63,763 nucleotides of DNA, filler included, from Folioceros fuciformis (GCA_049999805.1; 8 parts of 8 records of this genome joined end to end with filler, not necessarily neighbours in it), one strand, 5' to 3'; shown: positions 34,158 through 47,955, counted from the first letter of the whole stretch. Translations and numbers: made by a program. The notes: a model not told the origin generated them from the sequence alone.

Positions 34158-34345
34158 AGTTCATGGAACATTCCTAGCCTTATAGGACATCCCCTCTCTC
34201 TTCATGCTCTCTCTCCTTAGGTCAATACTATAAAAATCAACTAAATTAATGAACCTCTTGGCTCATTGACCTAGGCCTTCCTAGAAAGTGACTCGGTGTC
34301 AGAAGTCTTAATGGGCCTACCATTTGGGTCCAATCACCACAAGCA

Positions 34346-34594
34346 TGTTAGAAATCAAGCTCTAATTGAATTGTTATTAAGAGCATACAACACTTAGGAT
34401 AGTGTAGATTATCCCCTATTGAACTCGTAGTTATCTATCACCTAAGTGTTGTCAGGATATACTAGGATATTGCACCCAAGACTAAGGCTTACCTTATCGA
34501 GGGTTGCCGCGCCTGAAGGCTATATATGTAGCATCCTGTGCACCATAAGTAAGGAACAGTGGAGTCCTTCTAGGCCTGTGGTGCTATTTCAACA
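34346..34594 (+). repeat. 5' LTR of Copia A
   Basis: TGTT...AACA, followed by the PBS. Confidence 0.95.
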
Positions 34595-37500
34595 TGGTAT
34601 CAGAGCCAGAGAGAGAGTGCTGGTGCCACCGGTGGCTATGGCGGGGGTTTGAGGCTATGGCTGTGAGCGTGAAGGTGGCTGGCAATGCAAGCCATTGAGA
34701 GGCGCAGGAGGCGCAACGGCGTAGGCGGCGTAGGAAGCCGCAACAGGCTCTACAGGCGCAAGAGCGCGCGAGAGGCACGACAGGGAGAGAGACTCAGGAG
34801 GAGCGTAAAGGAGCCTGAATCATGGCTAATGTACAGGGATCAGACAATATCTCTCAAGTCGTGGGAGAGAAGTTGGATAACAAGAATTTTGCTTTGTGGA
34901 AGTTCAAGATGAAGAACTTCTTGGTAGGTAGAGGCTATTGGGACCTCTGCACAGGTGATGAGAGTGAACCAGAGATGGATCGTATTCCATCACAGGAGCA
35001 AAAGACTGCTCACAAGCATTAGACTGAGAGAGCATATAAAGTCTTACACTGGCTCTCCTTAACCATTTCAGATGCTATGGTCATACAGATCATGGGATGT
35101 GAGTCTCCGACGGATGCATGGGACATTCTCATGAGGAACTATGGAAATGTCACACATGCTAGGAAAATCCAGTTGAAGCAGCAGTTCAACAACTTGTCAC
35201 GAGGTAGCAGATCCATAATCGTGTATACAACAAAGGTGAAGACCATAGCTGATCAGCTTGCTACAATCGGTGCAAGAGTGACGGAAGATGACATGGTTGC
35301 AGTTACTCTGAACGGACTTGGCAAGGAGTACAAGTCCTTTGACACATCAATCTCTGTGAGAGTTGAGTCCCCAAGTTGGGATGAATTGGTTGCTTTGTTG
35401 CTGCATGAGGAAGTTAAGCTTGGTCTGAACATAGGTTCAGGTATATCTCAAGGGAGAGACACTGTTTTGTTTTCTAACCAGCGTGGGAGAGGCCACAGAG
35501 GTCGTGGTTCATTCTGAGGACGGGGTGATGCTTGGAACACGCAAAATCAGCAAGGCCAGAGAGAATCTGGAAGTTTTAGAGGCGCAGATAGAGCCACAAG
35601 AGGAAGAGATGGTTCTTTTCAATCTCATGACCATTCCAATAGAGACAAGGAGTGTTACTACTGTGGTAAGGTTGGTCATATTGCTAAGGACTGCTATAAG
35701 CAGCAAGCAGACATGAGAGGAAAAGGAAGTCAGCATGGGAACTATGCCTCCTCTAGTATTGCTGGAAATGACCAGGATAGGTTGTTTGCCATGCAACATC
35801 TCTCTGAACAGGATGGGCAGAATGATGAGAGATGGTACATTGATTCAGGAGCATCAAACCACATGACTCCGCATGGCGAGTGGTTTAACAAGATGGATGC
35901 AGGTCCCCATGGTCATGTGTGTACAGGAGAGGACACAGAACATGACATAAAGCACAGAGGAATTGTTCCTCTTAGGATGCCGAATGGTCAGCAGAAGAGT
36001 CTACAAGATGTGTTGCATGTTCCAACCATTACGAAGAACGTGTTGTCTATTGGACAGATGGCTGAACAAAATCTACAGGTTCGATTCAATAAAGATGGAT
36101 GCTTTATTGAAGAATATGACAGAGGGCGCAAACTGATTGCTAAAGGTAGTAGGAATGGACGGATGTTCACTCTGGATGCATCCATTCCAGAGATAAATGC
36201 AGCAATGTTTGCAAATGATGCAGGTGCCATACTTGATGTTGAAATATGGCATAAGAGGATTGGGCATGTGAACATAGAGAAGCTGAAATCTATGCAACAG
36301 AAAAGCATGGTGGAAGGATTGCCCAAGTTCAAGTATGCTGATCTTGGTCATGTGTGTTGTGCATGTCAATTTGGAAAACAGTCAAGGTTTCCATTTGTGC
36401 GACACGTGCAGAACAGCTCGAGACCTTTGCAATTGATACACTCTGATGTATGGGGTCCTTCATAGAATGCATCATTTGGAGGAGCCCACTACTATGTCTC
36501 CTTCATTGATGATTTCAGCAAGTACACATGGCTGTACATATTGAAGCATAAGGATGAAGTGTTCGAGTCTTTCAAGGACTTCAAAAAGCATGCTGAAAAT
36601 GAATTCAGCTGCTCCATCTCTTGTCTAAGATCAGATGGAGGGGGAGAATATGTCTCAAATGAGTTTGACAGGTATCTTGCAGATCATGGTATACGAAGAT
36701 AGCTGACTTGCAGATACACACCACAGCAGAATGGTGTTGCAGAGAGGAAGAACAGGGTAGTCATGGAAACAGCAAGGGCAATGCTGAATGAGAAGTGCTT
36801 ACCTAATGATTATTGGGCAGAAGTAGTGATGACAGCAGTGTATGTACTGAATCGAACTCCTACGGCAGGAATTCATAATGCTACACCAATTGAGAGATTG
36901 TATGGCTATAAGCCGGATATTAGGCACTTGAAAGTGTTTGGGTGCATTGCATATGTGCATGTACCTGATGAGAAGTGTAGGAAGCTGGATCCTAAAGCAG
37001 TGAAGAGTGTTTTTCTGGGGTATGCACGAAATAGGAAGGCATATAAGTGTTATGTGCCATCCACACATGAGATCCTGATAAGCAGGGATGTGGTATTTGA
37101 TGAGTTAGCCTCCTGGTACAGCAACTTAGTTGCACTACCCTATGACGAACCCACAGGGGAGAGTACTGTTAAGAGTACTCCAGCAAAGAGTGAGGATGAC
37201 CAATGGTGGATCACCAACGGTGAATCCATAGTCTGGAAGACTGCGGAATGGTAAACTGAAGACCACTGACCCGGATATGTCAGTGAGGGAGAGAGTAGAA
37301 AGCAGCAAAACTGGAAATGAGGGATATGAATCTTCAAGTAGTGAGAGCATTGACAGTGAGTTTGGCATTCCGTATGTGGAAACGCCAGATGCTAAGGAGC
37401 AACAATATGCAAGGCAGGTTCAAAATGAACCAAGACCAAGGAGATCTGAGAGGGTTAGGAAACCCATTGACAGGTACACCTATACAAGCTACAATGTGCA

Positions 37501-39074
37501 ACATTATGCTTATATAACAAGGGTCACAGCTTATAAGAAGCCAACCAAGTTTGTTGAGGCAGTGACAAATGATAAGTGGTGTCAAGCCATGGATGAAGAA
37601 TTCTCAGCATTAGTTGAGAACGAAACGTGGGATTTGGTTCAATTGCCTGATGGCAAGGTTCTTATTGGTTCTAAGTGGGTGTACAAGCTGAAGTTCAAGT
37701 CAGATGGAACGCTGGAGCGTTACAAGGCCAGGTTGGTTGCAAAGGGATATGCACAATAGTATGGTCTTGATTATGAGGAAACCTTTAGTCTAGTAGCCAA
37801 GATGACAACTATAAGTCATAGCATTAGCAGCAACTAAAGGATGGAAGTTATGGCAAATGGATGTCAAGAATGCTTTCTTGAATGATGAGTTGCAGGAGGA
37901 AGTGTACGTGGAACAGCCTGAAGGCTATGTTCATCCTAAGTTTCCAACATACGTCTGCAAACTGAAGAAGGCATTGTATGGACTCAAACAAGCACCTAGA
38001 GCATGGAATGCTCGTATCACAAGCTATTTGAAGGAGCGAGGGTTTGTGATTGGAGACGTAGATCACAGTCTGTTTGTAAAACAGACCAAGGTAGGACAAG
38101 TGTGTCTTGTCGTTTATGTTGACGACCTGATCATCACAGGAGATGATGCAGATGGTATTGTAGATGTCAAGGCGAATCTGCAAAAAGAGTTCAAGGTGAA
38201 GGATCTTGGTGAACTCAGATACTTCTTAGGAATTGAGGTAGTGTCTACACCTCAAGGAATCTGGCTATTCCAAAAACAATATGCTAAGGATATGTTGCAG
38301 AAGTATGGCATGGCAGATTGCAAAGCGATGGATACACCATTGGAGCAGAATGTCAAGCTGCAAATGGATGTAGGAGCTGAGCTGGAAAATGTGACTATGT
38401 ATCGACAGATGGTCAGAAGTTTGATCTACTTGACTATCACACGTCTTGACTTAAGTTATGCAGTGGGACTGATTAGTCAATTCATGCAGAACCCAAGGAA
38501 ACCGCTCTTGGATGCAGTTAGAAGAATCATGAGATATGTGAAAGGAACTACTGAGTTTGGATTGCTCTATGAGCATAGGAAGCATTTTGAACTGACAGGA
38601 TATACAGATGCTGATTGGGCTGGTTGTGCGTATGACAGAAGATCAACCAATGGATATGCATTCAGTCTGGGAAGTAGTATGATCAGCTGGCAAATCAAGA
38701 AACAACCAACAGTTGCTTTGTCAAGCACAGAAGCAGAGTATCGAGGAGCTGCAATGGCAGCCTGTGAAGCAGCTTGGTTGCAGAAGTTGCTAATGATCTT
38801 GGAAATATAGTGAACAGCAAGGTTACAATCTACTGTGATAACATGAGTAGCATGAGGTTGGCTACTAATCCTGTGTTTCATGCTCGTTCGAAGCACATAG
38901 AAGTACATTATCATTTCATCAGGGAAGCGGTATTATCTGAGAAGATAGATCTTCGGCACGTGAAGACCGAAGACCAGGTAGCAGATATCTTTATTAAGTC
39001 GCTAGGTAGAGATAAGTTCTTACACTTTCGTGAACTACTTGGAGTGTTACAAATAGTCTGAGCTTGGGGGGGAG

Positions 39075-39333
39075 TATTAGAAATCAAGCTCTAACTGAAT
39101 TGTTATTAAGAGCATACAACACTTAGGATAGTGTAGATTATCCCATATTGAACTCATAGTTATCTATCACCTAAGTGTTATCAGGATATATCAGGATATA
39201 CTAGGATATTGCACCCAAGACTAAGGCTTACCTTATCGAGGGTTGCCGCGCCTGAAGGCTATATATGTAGCATCCTGTGCACCATAAGTAAGGAACAATG
39301 GAGTCCTTCTAAGCCTGTGGTGCTATTTCAACA
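39075..39333 (+). repeat. 3' LTR of Copia A
   Basis: Matches the 5' LTR with ~7 substitutions and a 10-bp duplication (tcaggatata). Preceded by the PPT. Confidence 0.95.
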
Positions 39334-39513
39334 AAGCCAACATAAACTAAGTCTAAACAGTGGGGTCTGACCCCACTCCTAATAATCCTCCGCAAGCTGT
39401 GTCCTTGGGCGGTAACCTTTTGATCTTTTGCTAGTTGCAATTATCCTCCTCGTCCTCCTGTAGTGTCATCTCATCCGCTGGTCTCTTCCTTGTGGTTGAC
39501 TGAGGTGCAGTTG

Positions 39514-41954
39514 TGAAGGATTGCTAGAGGAGCTACATAGTGAAGGAGGAGAGGAGAAAAGAGAGGTCACGCTCTCACAATGTCTCAATAGCAAGAGAAC
39601 TCAAGGGGGTATTTATACCCTCTAAAAGAGCTCCCTAGGAAGCTTCACAAGAAGCACACAAGAAGCTGCGCAAGAAGCTTCCTACAGATTAGCTTAAGCT
39701 AATCTAAACTAATGGTACTTAATTAGACACTAATTTTAGACTAAACACATTAGTTTAAGCACATTGGGCTTTATTAACCCTACAACCTCCCACTTAAAGG
39801 CCAATTTAACTTCATAGGAGAGTGGTCTACCTCATGCCCATGAGTGAACTCCAAGCTTGTGCGAACTGCTCCGTAGAGAGATTCTTGGTAAGAACATCTG
39901 CAGGGTTCTCGCTGGTGTGAACTTTGACAAGCTGTACCCTCTTGTCTTCCAACACCTCTCGAATGAAGTGATACTTCACTTCCACATGTTTGGTCTTCAC
40001 ATGAAATGATTCTTCGCCAATTGAATAGCACTCTGGCTATCACAATGCAACACTAGCAGCTCAACCTTGATCCCCAAATCTCCCACTAAACGAGCAAGCC
40101 ACATGGCTTCCTTGCATGCCTCAATTGCTGCAACATACTCGGCCTCTATGGTAGATAGCGTTATGTACAATTGCAAACGAGATCGCCATGAGACTGCCCC
40201 TCTTGTGCACATGAAGACATAACCTGATGTGGACCTCCTTTTGTCCATATCCCTTGCATAATCAGCATCTGTATATCCCACGACAGATGAATCTTCTCTA
40301 CCAAAACATAAGCACAAAGCTTTCGTACCATTCAAGTACCTCATAACTCCTTTCACTGCCTCCCAATGCTTCCTGCCAAGGTTTGACATAAACTTGCTAA
40401 CCACTCCCACTACAAAGGCAATGTCACGACGTGTAGCAATCATTGCATACATCAAACTCCCTACAAATGATGAGTATGGAATTTTCTCCATTTTAGCTTT
40501 GCCCTCCGCAAAGCTTGGGCAATTCTTGCTCGACAGCTTCACATATGGAGGCAACTGAGTACTTAATATCTTCCCCTTCTCCATATTGAAACGTTGAAGC
40601 ACCTTGTTAATGTATTCAATCTCAGACAAGTAAAGCAAATGCTTGTGTCTGTCTCGACAAATGCGCATGCCAAGAATATGGCTTGCCTCTCCCAAGTCTG
40701 TCATGTCAAAACGATTATTCAACTTTGACTTCAACGCTGAAAGCTCATAATTGTTAGTCCCATCAATTAGCATATCATCCACATATACGACAAGAATGAG
40801 AAAGCTTCCATCCTTAGCTTGCTTTGTATAGAGGCAATGATCCTCATCGCTACGTTTGTAGCTTTGAGAAAGCATAAATGAGTGGAACTTGAAATACCAC
40901 TCCCTGGGTGCCTGCTTCAAACCATAAAGGCTCTTCTTTAACCTGCACACTAGACTTTCTTTGCCCTTCTCAATGAAACCCTCTGGTTGCTGCATGTATA
41001 CCTCTTCCTGGAGATCACCATGCAGAAATGCCGACTTCACATCCATCTGGACAAGTTCCATGTCGTGCCTCGCAACCTGACCAAGAACACATCGCAAGGT
41101 GGTCATTTTGACAACTAGTGAGAAAATCTCATCAAAGTCAATACCTTACTGTTGCTTAGAACCCTTAGCAACCAATCGTGCCTTGTACTTGGGTTTGCCA
41201 TAATGGGGTATGTTCTTCATCTTATACACCCATTTTCATGGCAATGCCTTCTTGCCCCTAGGCAACCAAACCAACTCCCAAGTTTGGTTCTTGTGGAGCA
41301 AATCTATCTGCAATTGCATCGCCTTCTCCCACTTGTCCTTGTCAGTGACTGACATGGCCTCTTGGTAACAAGAGGGCTCCCCACAATCCGTCAGCATGAC
41401 ATAATCAAGAGATGCAACATACCCGTCAGGAGGACGTGAGATCCTTCCTGACCTACGAAGCACTGGCGCCTCGACTGGAGCTGGTTGCACTCTCTCCTCT
41501 TCTACAAGGGGAGGAACTTGTTCCTGCACATCACGACGTTCTTACTGCGCAGGACGGTCAAATCCATCTTCTTGAAAGACCACTTGTCGGACCTGCACAG
41601 TTGGAGTAGGCTTCTTGTGCATCTTGGTCTCATTGAAGAACACATCATTGCTGCGAACCATCCTCTTGGCCTTTGGATCCCACAGACGGTATCTCATCTC
41701 ACCAAATTCACCATAGCCAAGAAAAATACATTTCTTGGACTTGAGTGCCAACTTGTCCCGAAACTCCTTCGGAACATGGTAGTATGCTTTGCAGCCAAAC
41801 ACTTGTAGATGCTTGTATGACGGCTTCTTTTCAAACCACATCTCCTCTGGAACCTGCTCATTCACAGCCCTATTAGGAGATCTGTTAATAAGATGCATCG
41901 CAGTGACCACTGCTTCTACCCAAAATCCGTTAGGCAATCTAGAGTTTGACAACA
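39514..41954 (-). mobile_element. Ty1/Copia family E, 3' part (integrase end, RT, RNase H, PPT, 3' LTR ~39514-39784)
   Basis: [26 protein letters not shown] and YTDADYA motifs. PPT aagtgggaggt precedes an LTR starting TGTAGG. Confidence 0.93.
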
Positions 41955-42054
41955 NNNNNNNNNNNNNNNNNNNNNNNNNNNNNNNNNNNNNNNNNNNNTT
42001 AATTAATTAANNNNNNNNNNNNNNNNNNNNNNNNNNNNNNNNNNNNNNNNNNNN
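41955..42054. other. Artificial contig spacer
   Basis: N44-TTAATTAATTAA-N44. Confidence 0.97.
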
Positions 42055-44221
42055 AATGAGACCAAGATGCACAAGAAGCATACTCCAACTGTGGAGGTGC
42101 GACGGGTGGTCTTCCAAGAAGATGGACTTGACCGCCCCGCGCAGGCTGAACATCGTGATGTGCAGGAACAAGTTCCTCCACTTGTAGACGAGGAGAGAGT
42201 GCAACCAGCTCCGGTCGAGGCGCCAGTGCTTCGTAGGTCAGGAGGGATCTCACGTCCTCCTGACAGGTATGTTGCATCTCTTGATTATGTCATGCTGACG
42301 GATTGTGGGGAGCCTTCTTGTTACCAAGAGGCCATGTTAGTCACTGACAAGGGCAAGTGGGAGAAAGCGATGCAGTCGCAGATGGATTCGCTCCATAAGA
42401 ACCAAACTTGGGAGTTGGTTCGGTTGCCAAAGGGCAAGAGGGCGTTGCCATGCAAATGGGTGTATAAGATGAAGGACATACCCCATTATGGCAAACCCCA
42501 GTACAAGGCACGATTGGTTGCTAAAGGTTTTAAGCAACAGCAAGGTATTGACTTTGATGAGATTTTCTCACCAGTTGTCAAAATGACTACCTTGAGATGT
42601 GTTCTTGGTCTGGTTGCGAGGAACGACATGGAACTTGTCCAGATGGATGTGAAGTCGGCATTTCTGCATGGTGATCTCCTGGAAGAGGTATACATGCAGC
42701 AACCAGAGGGTTTCATTGAGAAGGGCAAAGAGAGTCTGGTGTGCAAGTTAAAGAAGAGCCTTTATGGTTTGAAGCATGCACCCAGGGAGTGGTATTTCAA
42801 GTTCCACTCATTTATGCTTTCTCAAGGCTACAAGCGTAGCGATATGGATCATTGCCTCTATACGAAGCAAGCTAAGGATGGAAGCTTGCTCATTCTAGTC
42901 CTCTATGTGGATGATATGCTAATTGCTGGGACTAACAGTGATGAGATTTCAGCGTTGCAGTCAAAGTTGAATGGTCTCTTTGACATGACAGACTTGGGGG
43001 AGGCAAGCCATATTCTTGGCATGCGTATTCGTCGAGACAGACAGAAGCGTTTGATGTACTTGTCTCAGACAGAATACATTAACAAGGTGCTTTAACGTTT
43101 CAATATGGAGAAGGGGAAGGTCTTAAGTACTCCGTTGTCTCCATATGTGAAACTTTCGAGCAAGGATTGCCCAAGTTCTGCGGAGGATAAAGCTGAAATG
43201 GAGAAGGTTCCATACTCATCAGTTGTAGGGAGTTTGATGTATGCAATGATTGCTACACGTCCTGACATTGCTTTTGCAGTGGGAGTGGTTAGCATGTTCA
43301 TGTCAAACCCTGGCAGGAAGCATTGGGAGGCAGTGAAAGGAGTTATGAGGTATTTGAATGGTACAAAAGCTTTGTGCTTATGTTTTGGTAGTGAAGATGC
43401 ATCTGTAGTGGGATATACGGATGCTGATTATGCAGAGGATATGGACAAAAGGAGGTCCACATCAGGTTATGTCTTCATGTGCATTGGAGGGGCAGTCTCA
43501 TGGCGATCTCGTTTGCAATCGTGCATAACGCTATCTACCACAGAGGCCGAGTATGTTGCAGCGACTGAGGCTTGCAAGGAAGCCATGTGGCTTGCTCGTT
43601 TAGTGGGAGATTTGGGGATCAAGGGTGAGCTGCCAGTGTTGCATTGTGATAGCCAGAGTGCTATCCAGTTGGCGAAGAATCCAGTGTTTCATGCGAAGAC
43701 CAAACATATGGAAGTGAAGTATCACTTCATTCGAGAGGTGTTGGAAGACAAGAGGGTACAGCTTGTCAAAGTTCACACCAGTCAGAACCCTGCAAGTGTT
43801 CTTACCAAGGGGCTCTCTACGGAGCAATTCGCACTAGCTCGGACACTCATGGGCATGAGCTAGACCACTCTCTAATGAAGGTAAATTGGCCTTTAAGTGG
43901 GAGGTTGTAGGGTTATTAAAGCCCAATGTGCTTAGGCTAATGTGTTTAGTCTAAGATTAGTGTCTAGTTAATGTGCTTAGACTAATGTGTTTAGTCTAAG
44001 ATTAGTGTCTAGTTAAGTATCATTAGTTTAGATTAGCTTAAGCTAATATGTAGGAAGCTTCTTGCGCAGCTTCCTGTGAGCTTCTTGTGAAGCTTCCTAG
44101 GGAGCTCTTTTAGAGGGTATAAATACCCCCTTGAGCTCCCTTGCCAACTACTCTCAATGTGACCTCTTTTTCTCCTCTCCTCTTCTCCTCTCCTCCACCA
44201 TGCTCCTCTAGTGGTCCCACA
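42055..44221 (+). mobile_element. Ty1/Copia family E, second copy 3' part (RT/RNase H, 3' LTR 43906-44221)
   Basis: ORFs 42067-43095 and 43105-43863 are one RT-RNase H frame broken by a single TAA. PPT and TGTAGG...CA LTR follow. Confidence 0.95.
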
Positions 44222-46636
44222 CACAGTAGACGAGGAACTGAAAAGACTAGTCGTGGAACTCCTACCTAGCGAGAAAGACAACAAGGACCTTAAGGCCATG
44301 GTCAGGCGCGTACAGCTCATGAGGTACGAGCAGTGGGAGAACCAGCGGGGGAAATCCAACAGTGAAGCTCAAGAGGGTGAGGAATACCAGCTCAAACCCA
44401 GGCCCCAGCTGGACAAGGAGCTCCACCAAAAAATCAAGACAACCACCTTTGATGGAGGAGCCAAGGATGCCCAAAGCGTCCGTGACTGGTTAGACAAGAT
44501 TGATAAGTATCTTGCTGCTTTTGACAAAGATGACTTGCAGAAGATCCAGTTCTACATCATGTCGCTGGAGGGGTAAGCTTACCGATGGTGGCGCCAGTGG
44601 GAGAAGCAAGTCGACCTCGGCATGGAGTCCCCAGTCTACTCTTGGCCACCTTCTGACAAATCTTCCTTGAACAGTTCCTACCATTGAACCACCTCAAAGA
44701 CCTGTATCAGCAATTCAGGAAGATTTTCCAACAAGGCACAATCCAAGAGTACTGTGACAAGTTCTTACAACTTACACTTGACATGCTCAGGTTGGATGAG
44801 GAGCAGAAAATCGAGAAGTTCATAGATGGGTTGAAGTTCGAGATGAGGGTAGACGTGAACCAAACGAACCCAACAACCCTAGTGGAGGCCATGAAGGCGG
44901 CCATCAACTATGGCACCAACAAGTACAAACATCTCTCCTCGATAGCCCCTCCCAAGCCCAAGTGGAGCAAGTCTGCCAACGTTACAAAGAGGAAGCCAAC
45001 TTTCAGAATTCTCATGGAGGAAGAGAAGGAAGACTACAAGAAGGTCAGGAAATGCTTCACCTGCACAGTGTCCGGTCATGGCTCGAAGTCTTGTCCTTTC
45101 AGGAGGGACTTCATAAACTGCCTAAAGGAGACAAGCAAGTCCACCAGGAGCGGCAACTCCCCAACCCCGGCCAAGAGCGGACACGCCATAGCCATTACAG
45201 AGGTTAGTGAACCACGCTAGCTGCTGCATCCTCGATCCTCTATGTAAACCCAGATCAATTGCTGCATGCCAGCTAGCTCACGTACCTATCAAGCTCAAGG
45301 TATCATTAGGAGGAGTCCGGGCCACAGGGTTGCTTGACCGGGGCCAATCACCACTATGCGCCAAAGGCAGCTGTAGAAAGAGCTAGCCTGTTAGTCAAGG
45401 ACACGGGTTAGGTCTACACAGTGGTCACAGCCTAGGCGAGAAGGAGACAAGTAGAGAGCAGTGGACGGAAGTAGAGCTTACCTTTCCAAGTGGGTTCAAG
45501 GAGGTTCTCAAGCTGACCGTGATGCCCTCGCTTTGCCATAACCTGATCATAGGCAAGCCTTGGTTAGCCAGTCACTCGAATCAGCTAGAAGTAGACTGGA
45601 AGAACAACGTCGTCCACCTCCTGCATAGCCACTAGACATATGTCATGCAGAGGGAGCAATACCTCCCTGACAAGCAACTGTTTGCTGTCTCTGCTCTCAA
45701 TAAAGCAATTGCCATGGGCAGATTCCTATATATAGCAAAGCTCAAGAAGGTGCTTCCCTTAGAAGGCACTACGAAGTCTAGGGCCGCAGAAGCAAAGGCT
45801 CACGAAGACCAAATACCACAGTCTATGAAGGTCCTGCTCCGGGAGTATTAGGACGTGCTTGCTAAACCCACGGAGCTCCCTCCTCGAAGACACGTGGACC
45901 ATGCCATTGAGCTGCTGCTAGGCCACAAACTGGTTAGTATTCAACCCTACAGGACATCGACAATGGAAAATGAAGAGATCAAGAAACAGGTCGATGAGTT
46001 CCTACAAAAAGGTTTTGTACAACCTTCTATGTCGCCCTTTGGTGCTCCAGTCCTCTTAATTCCCAAGCCAGATGGAGGATGGCGCTTGTGCATAGATTAT
46101 CGAGGGCTCAATCGCGCCATGGTGAGGAACGTCTATCAGATGCCAAGGATTGACGAGATCCTCGACCAGCTGCATGGAGCCAAGCTGTTCATCAAGCTTG
46201 ATCTCAAATCTAGTTTCCACTAGATCCGAATTAGGTCAGGAGATGAACACAAGATAGCCTTTCGCACTCGACATGGGCATTTTGAATTCAGGGTAATGTC
46301 GTTTGGTCTTACCAATGCTCCTGCTGCTTCCAGTGTCTCATGCAGGAAGTCTTGCGGCCCTTGCTGGGACATGGCATTGAGGTCTTCCTGGATGACATTC
46401 TCATCTACACCCCTGACCCTGAAACACATCTCCAGCTGGTTAGGAGGTGCTGGACTTCCTACGGGCCAACAAATTATTAGCCAAGAGAAGCAAGTGCATC
46501 TTCATGAGAGAGAGATGTGAATACCTAGGCCATGTGATCAGTGGAGAGGGCATCCAGGTTGATACATGCAAGGTCAGCGTAGTGATGAACTGGCGCTTGC
46601 CACAGGACGTAACCCAGCTCCGAGGGTTCCTGGTAG
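44222..46636 (+). mobile_element. Decayed Ty3/Gypsy gag-protease-RT fragment
   Basis: Gag (IQEYCDKF..EKFIDGLK), zinc knuckle CFTCTVSGHGSKSC, RT ([56 protein letters not shown]). Confidence 0.9.
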
Positions 46637-46930
46637 TGAAAAGACCTAATATTCTAGGGTTAGCTATTTCAATAGTCAGGCATTTGCTAATTAATAATTT
46701 AACGAACGGTCGTAGGTATGAAACGCCATAGCGTTTCGTAGCGTCGTAGCCAATGGTGGTTAAGGGTCACGCCTTGTGAACAGCTGCGACACTTCACGCG
46801 CATGCGACCCAAAAGGGTCTCACGGCCACAAATTAATTATTCCATGTTTTTTTACAAGAAATGTCCTCGATCCTACTTTGCACAGATCTCTATGGTATCA
46901 GAGCCGGCAAGCGCTCATGACCACTAGTAA
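46637..46930 (+). mobile_element. 5' LTR plus PBS of another LTR element inserted in the Gypsy RT
   Basis: RT homology stops at tgaaaagacc. tggtatcagagcc PBS at 46893-46905. Confidence 0.6.
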
Positions 46931-47030
46931 NNNNNNNNNNNNNNNNNNNNNNNNNNNNNNNNNNNNNNNNNNNNTTAATTAATTAANNNNNNNNNNNNNN
47001 NNNNNNNNNNNNNNNNNNNNNNNNNNNNNN
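46931..47030. other. Artificial contig spacer
   Basis: N44-TTAATTAATTAA-N44. Confidence 0.97.
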
Positions 47031-47955
47031 TCATCATACTTCCTTCCACCCATCTGCTCTCACCGTAAGGCATGCTAAACATGTGAACGTCCGCCTTGAT
47101 TCCACGTGTCATGTCCGAGATGCGAAGGCAGATCTGGTCAATGTCACCCACGTAAACGCCAAAATCGATGACAGAATCTTCGGTTACACCAAGTCCAGTG
47201 AGAACCACATGGACCAAGGCGTCCATGTCCCTCTCATAACCAAGGAGCAGGGTTCGCAAGGTGGTGTTCCTGGCCAGGCCCATCCCAATCACTTCTGCTC
47301 CATCCGAGTCCAACCCTATCTGACGCATGTCCAAGTGCTGCAGGCAGGGACACACTTTCCCACTCAGAAGCGCCGCCACAAGTGCGGCCCCTCCATTACT
47401 CCCGCCGCCGCCCAGACTCTGATTCTCACACAAGTTCACGACGCGGAGGGCGGTCTTCTGGTTCTCTTCCAGCTTGGTGCGCAGATGCACCAGCCCGCTG
47501 GCCTCCATGTCCGTGCTCCAGATATCCAGCACGCGAAGCGTACGACTGTGAGCCAGGACGCCACCCAGTGCCTCACATGCAGCCTCACTTCGTCCCAGCC
47601 CTCTACACCCTGCCAAATACAGATCTTGTAAAGCGCAGTTGTTGGCTTTGGATGCCACCTTCAGAGGGCCCCACATGGCTTCCCACTCCCTCTCACGGCC
47701 GCCTTCCCCGACGCACCAGCGCCTGGGCACGTGGATCACTTTCAGAGTCCTGCATCGCGCGATGGCAGCCAGCACCTGCACCCGGACTTCCAACCACCGC
47801 TTTTGCTCCGCCGCCGTCTGCTTCTCCAGTTCCTCTGCGACATTTTCCTTGAAGAAGGGCCCGTAATTGCCGTACTCTTCCTCCAGACTGTCATCAAAAG
47901 ATGTAAGATCTAGGCAAGTGCCGTCAGCTTGAAGCCGACGCCGACTCTGGCCCTC
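47031..47955 (-). CDS. RI-like leucine-rich-repeat protein, partial (possibly N-terminal part of a TORNADO1/Roco-like protein)
   Basis: Open frame of >300 aa with LQDLYLAGC, LRVLDIWST, LRVVNLCEN, LQHLDMRQIGL and LARNTTLRTLLL repeats. Likely cag acceptor at 47958-47956. Runs into the contig end. Confidence 0.75.

Larger units (their letters stand above)
34346..39333 (+). mobile_element. Full-length Ty1/Copia LTR retrotransposon (family A), inactivated
   Basis: LTRs 34346-34594 and 39075-39333, PBS tggtatcagagcc (tRNA-iMet) 34595-34607, PPT 39066-39074, near-TSD aagca/aagcc. gag-pol 34822-39061 has CYYCGKVGHIAKDC, WYIDSGAS, HSDVWGP, YKARLVAKG, YVDD and YTDADWAG, with several stops. Confidence 0.97.

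Noticed and set aside
39514-44221. Large inverted repeat/hairpin formed by two Copia E copies
   Set aside because: The copies are on different contigs separated by an artificial spacer and differ by many substitutions. Their orientation is not trustworthy.
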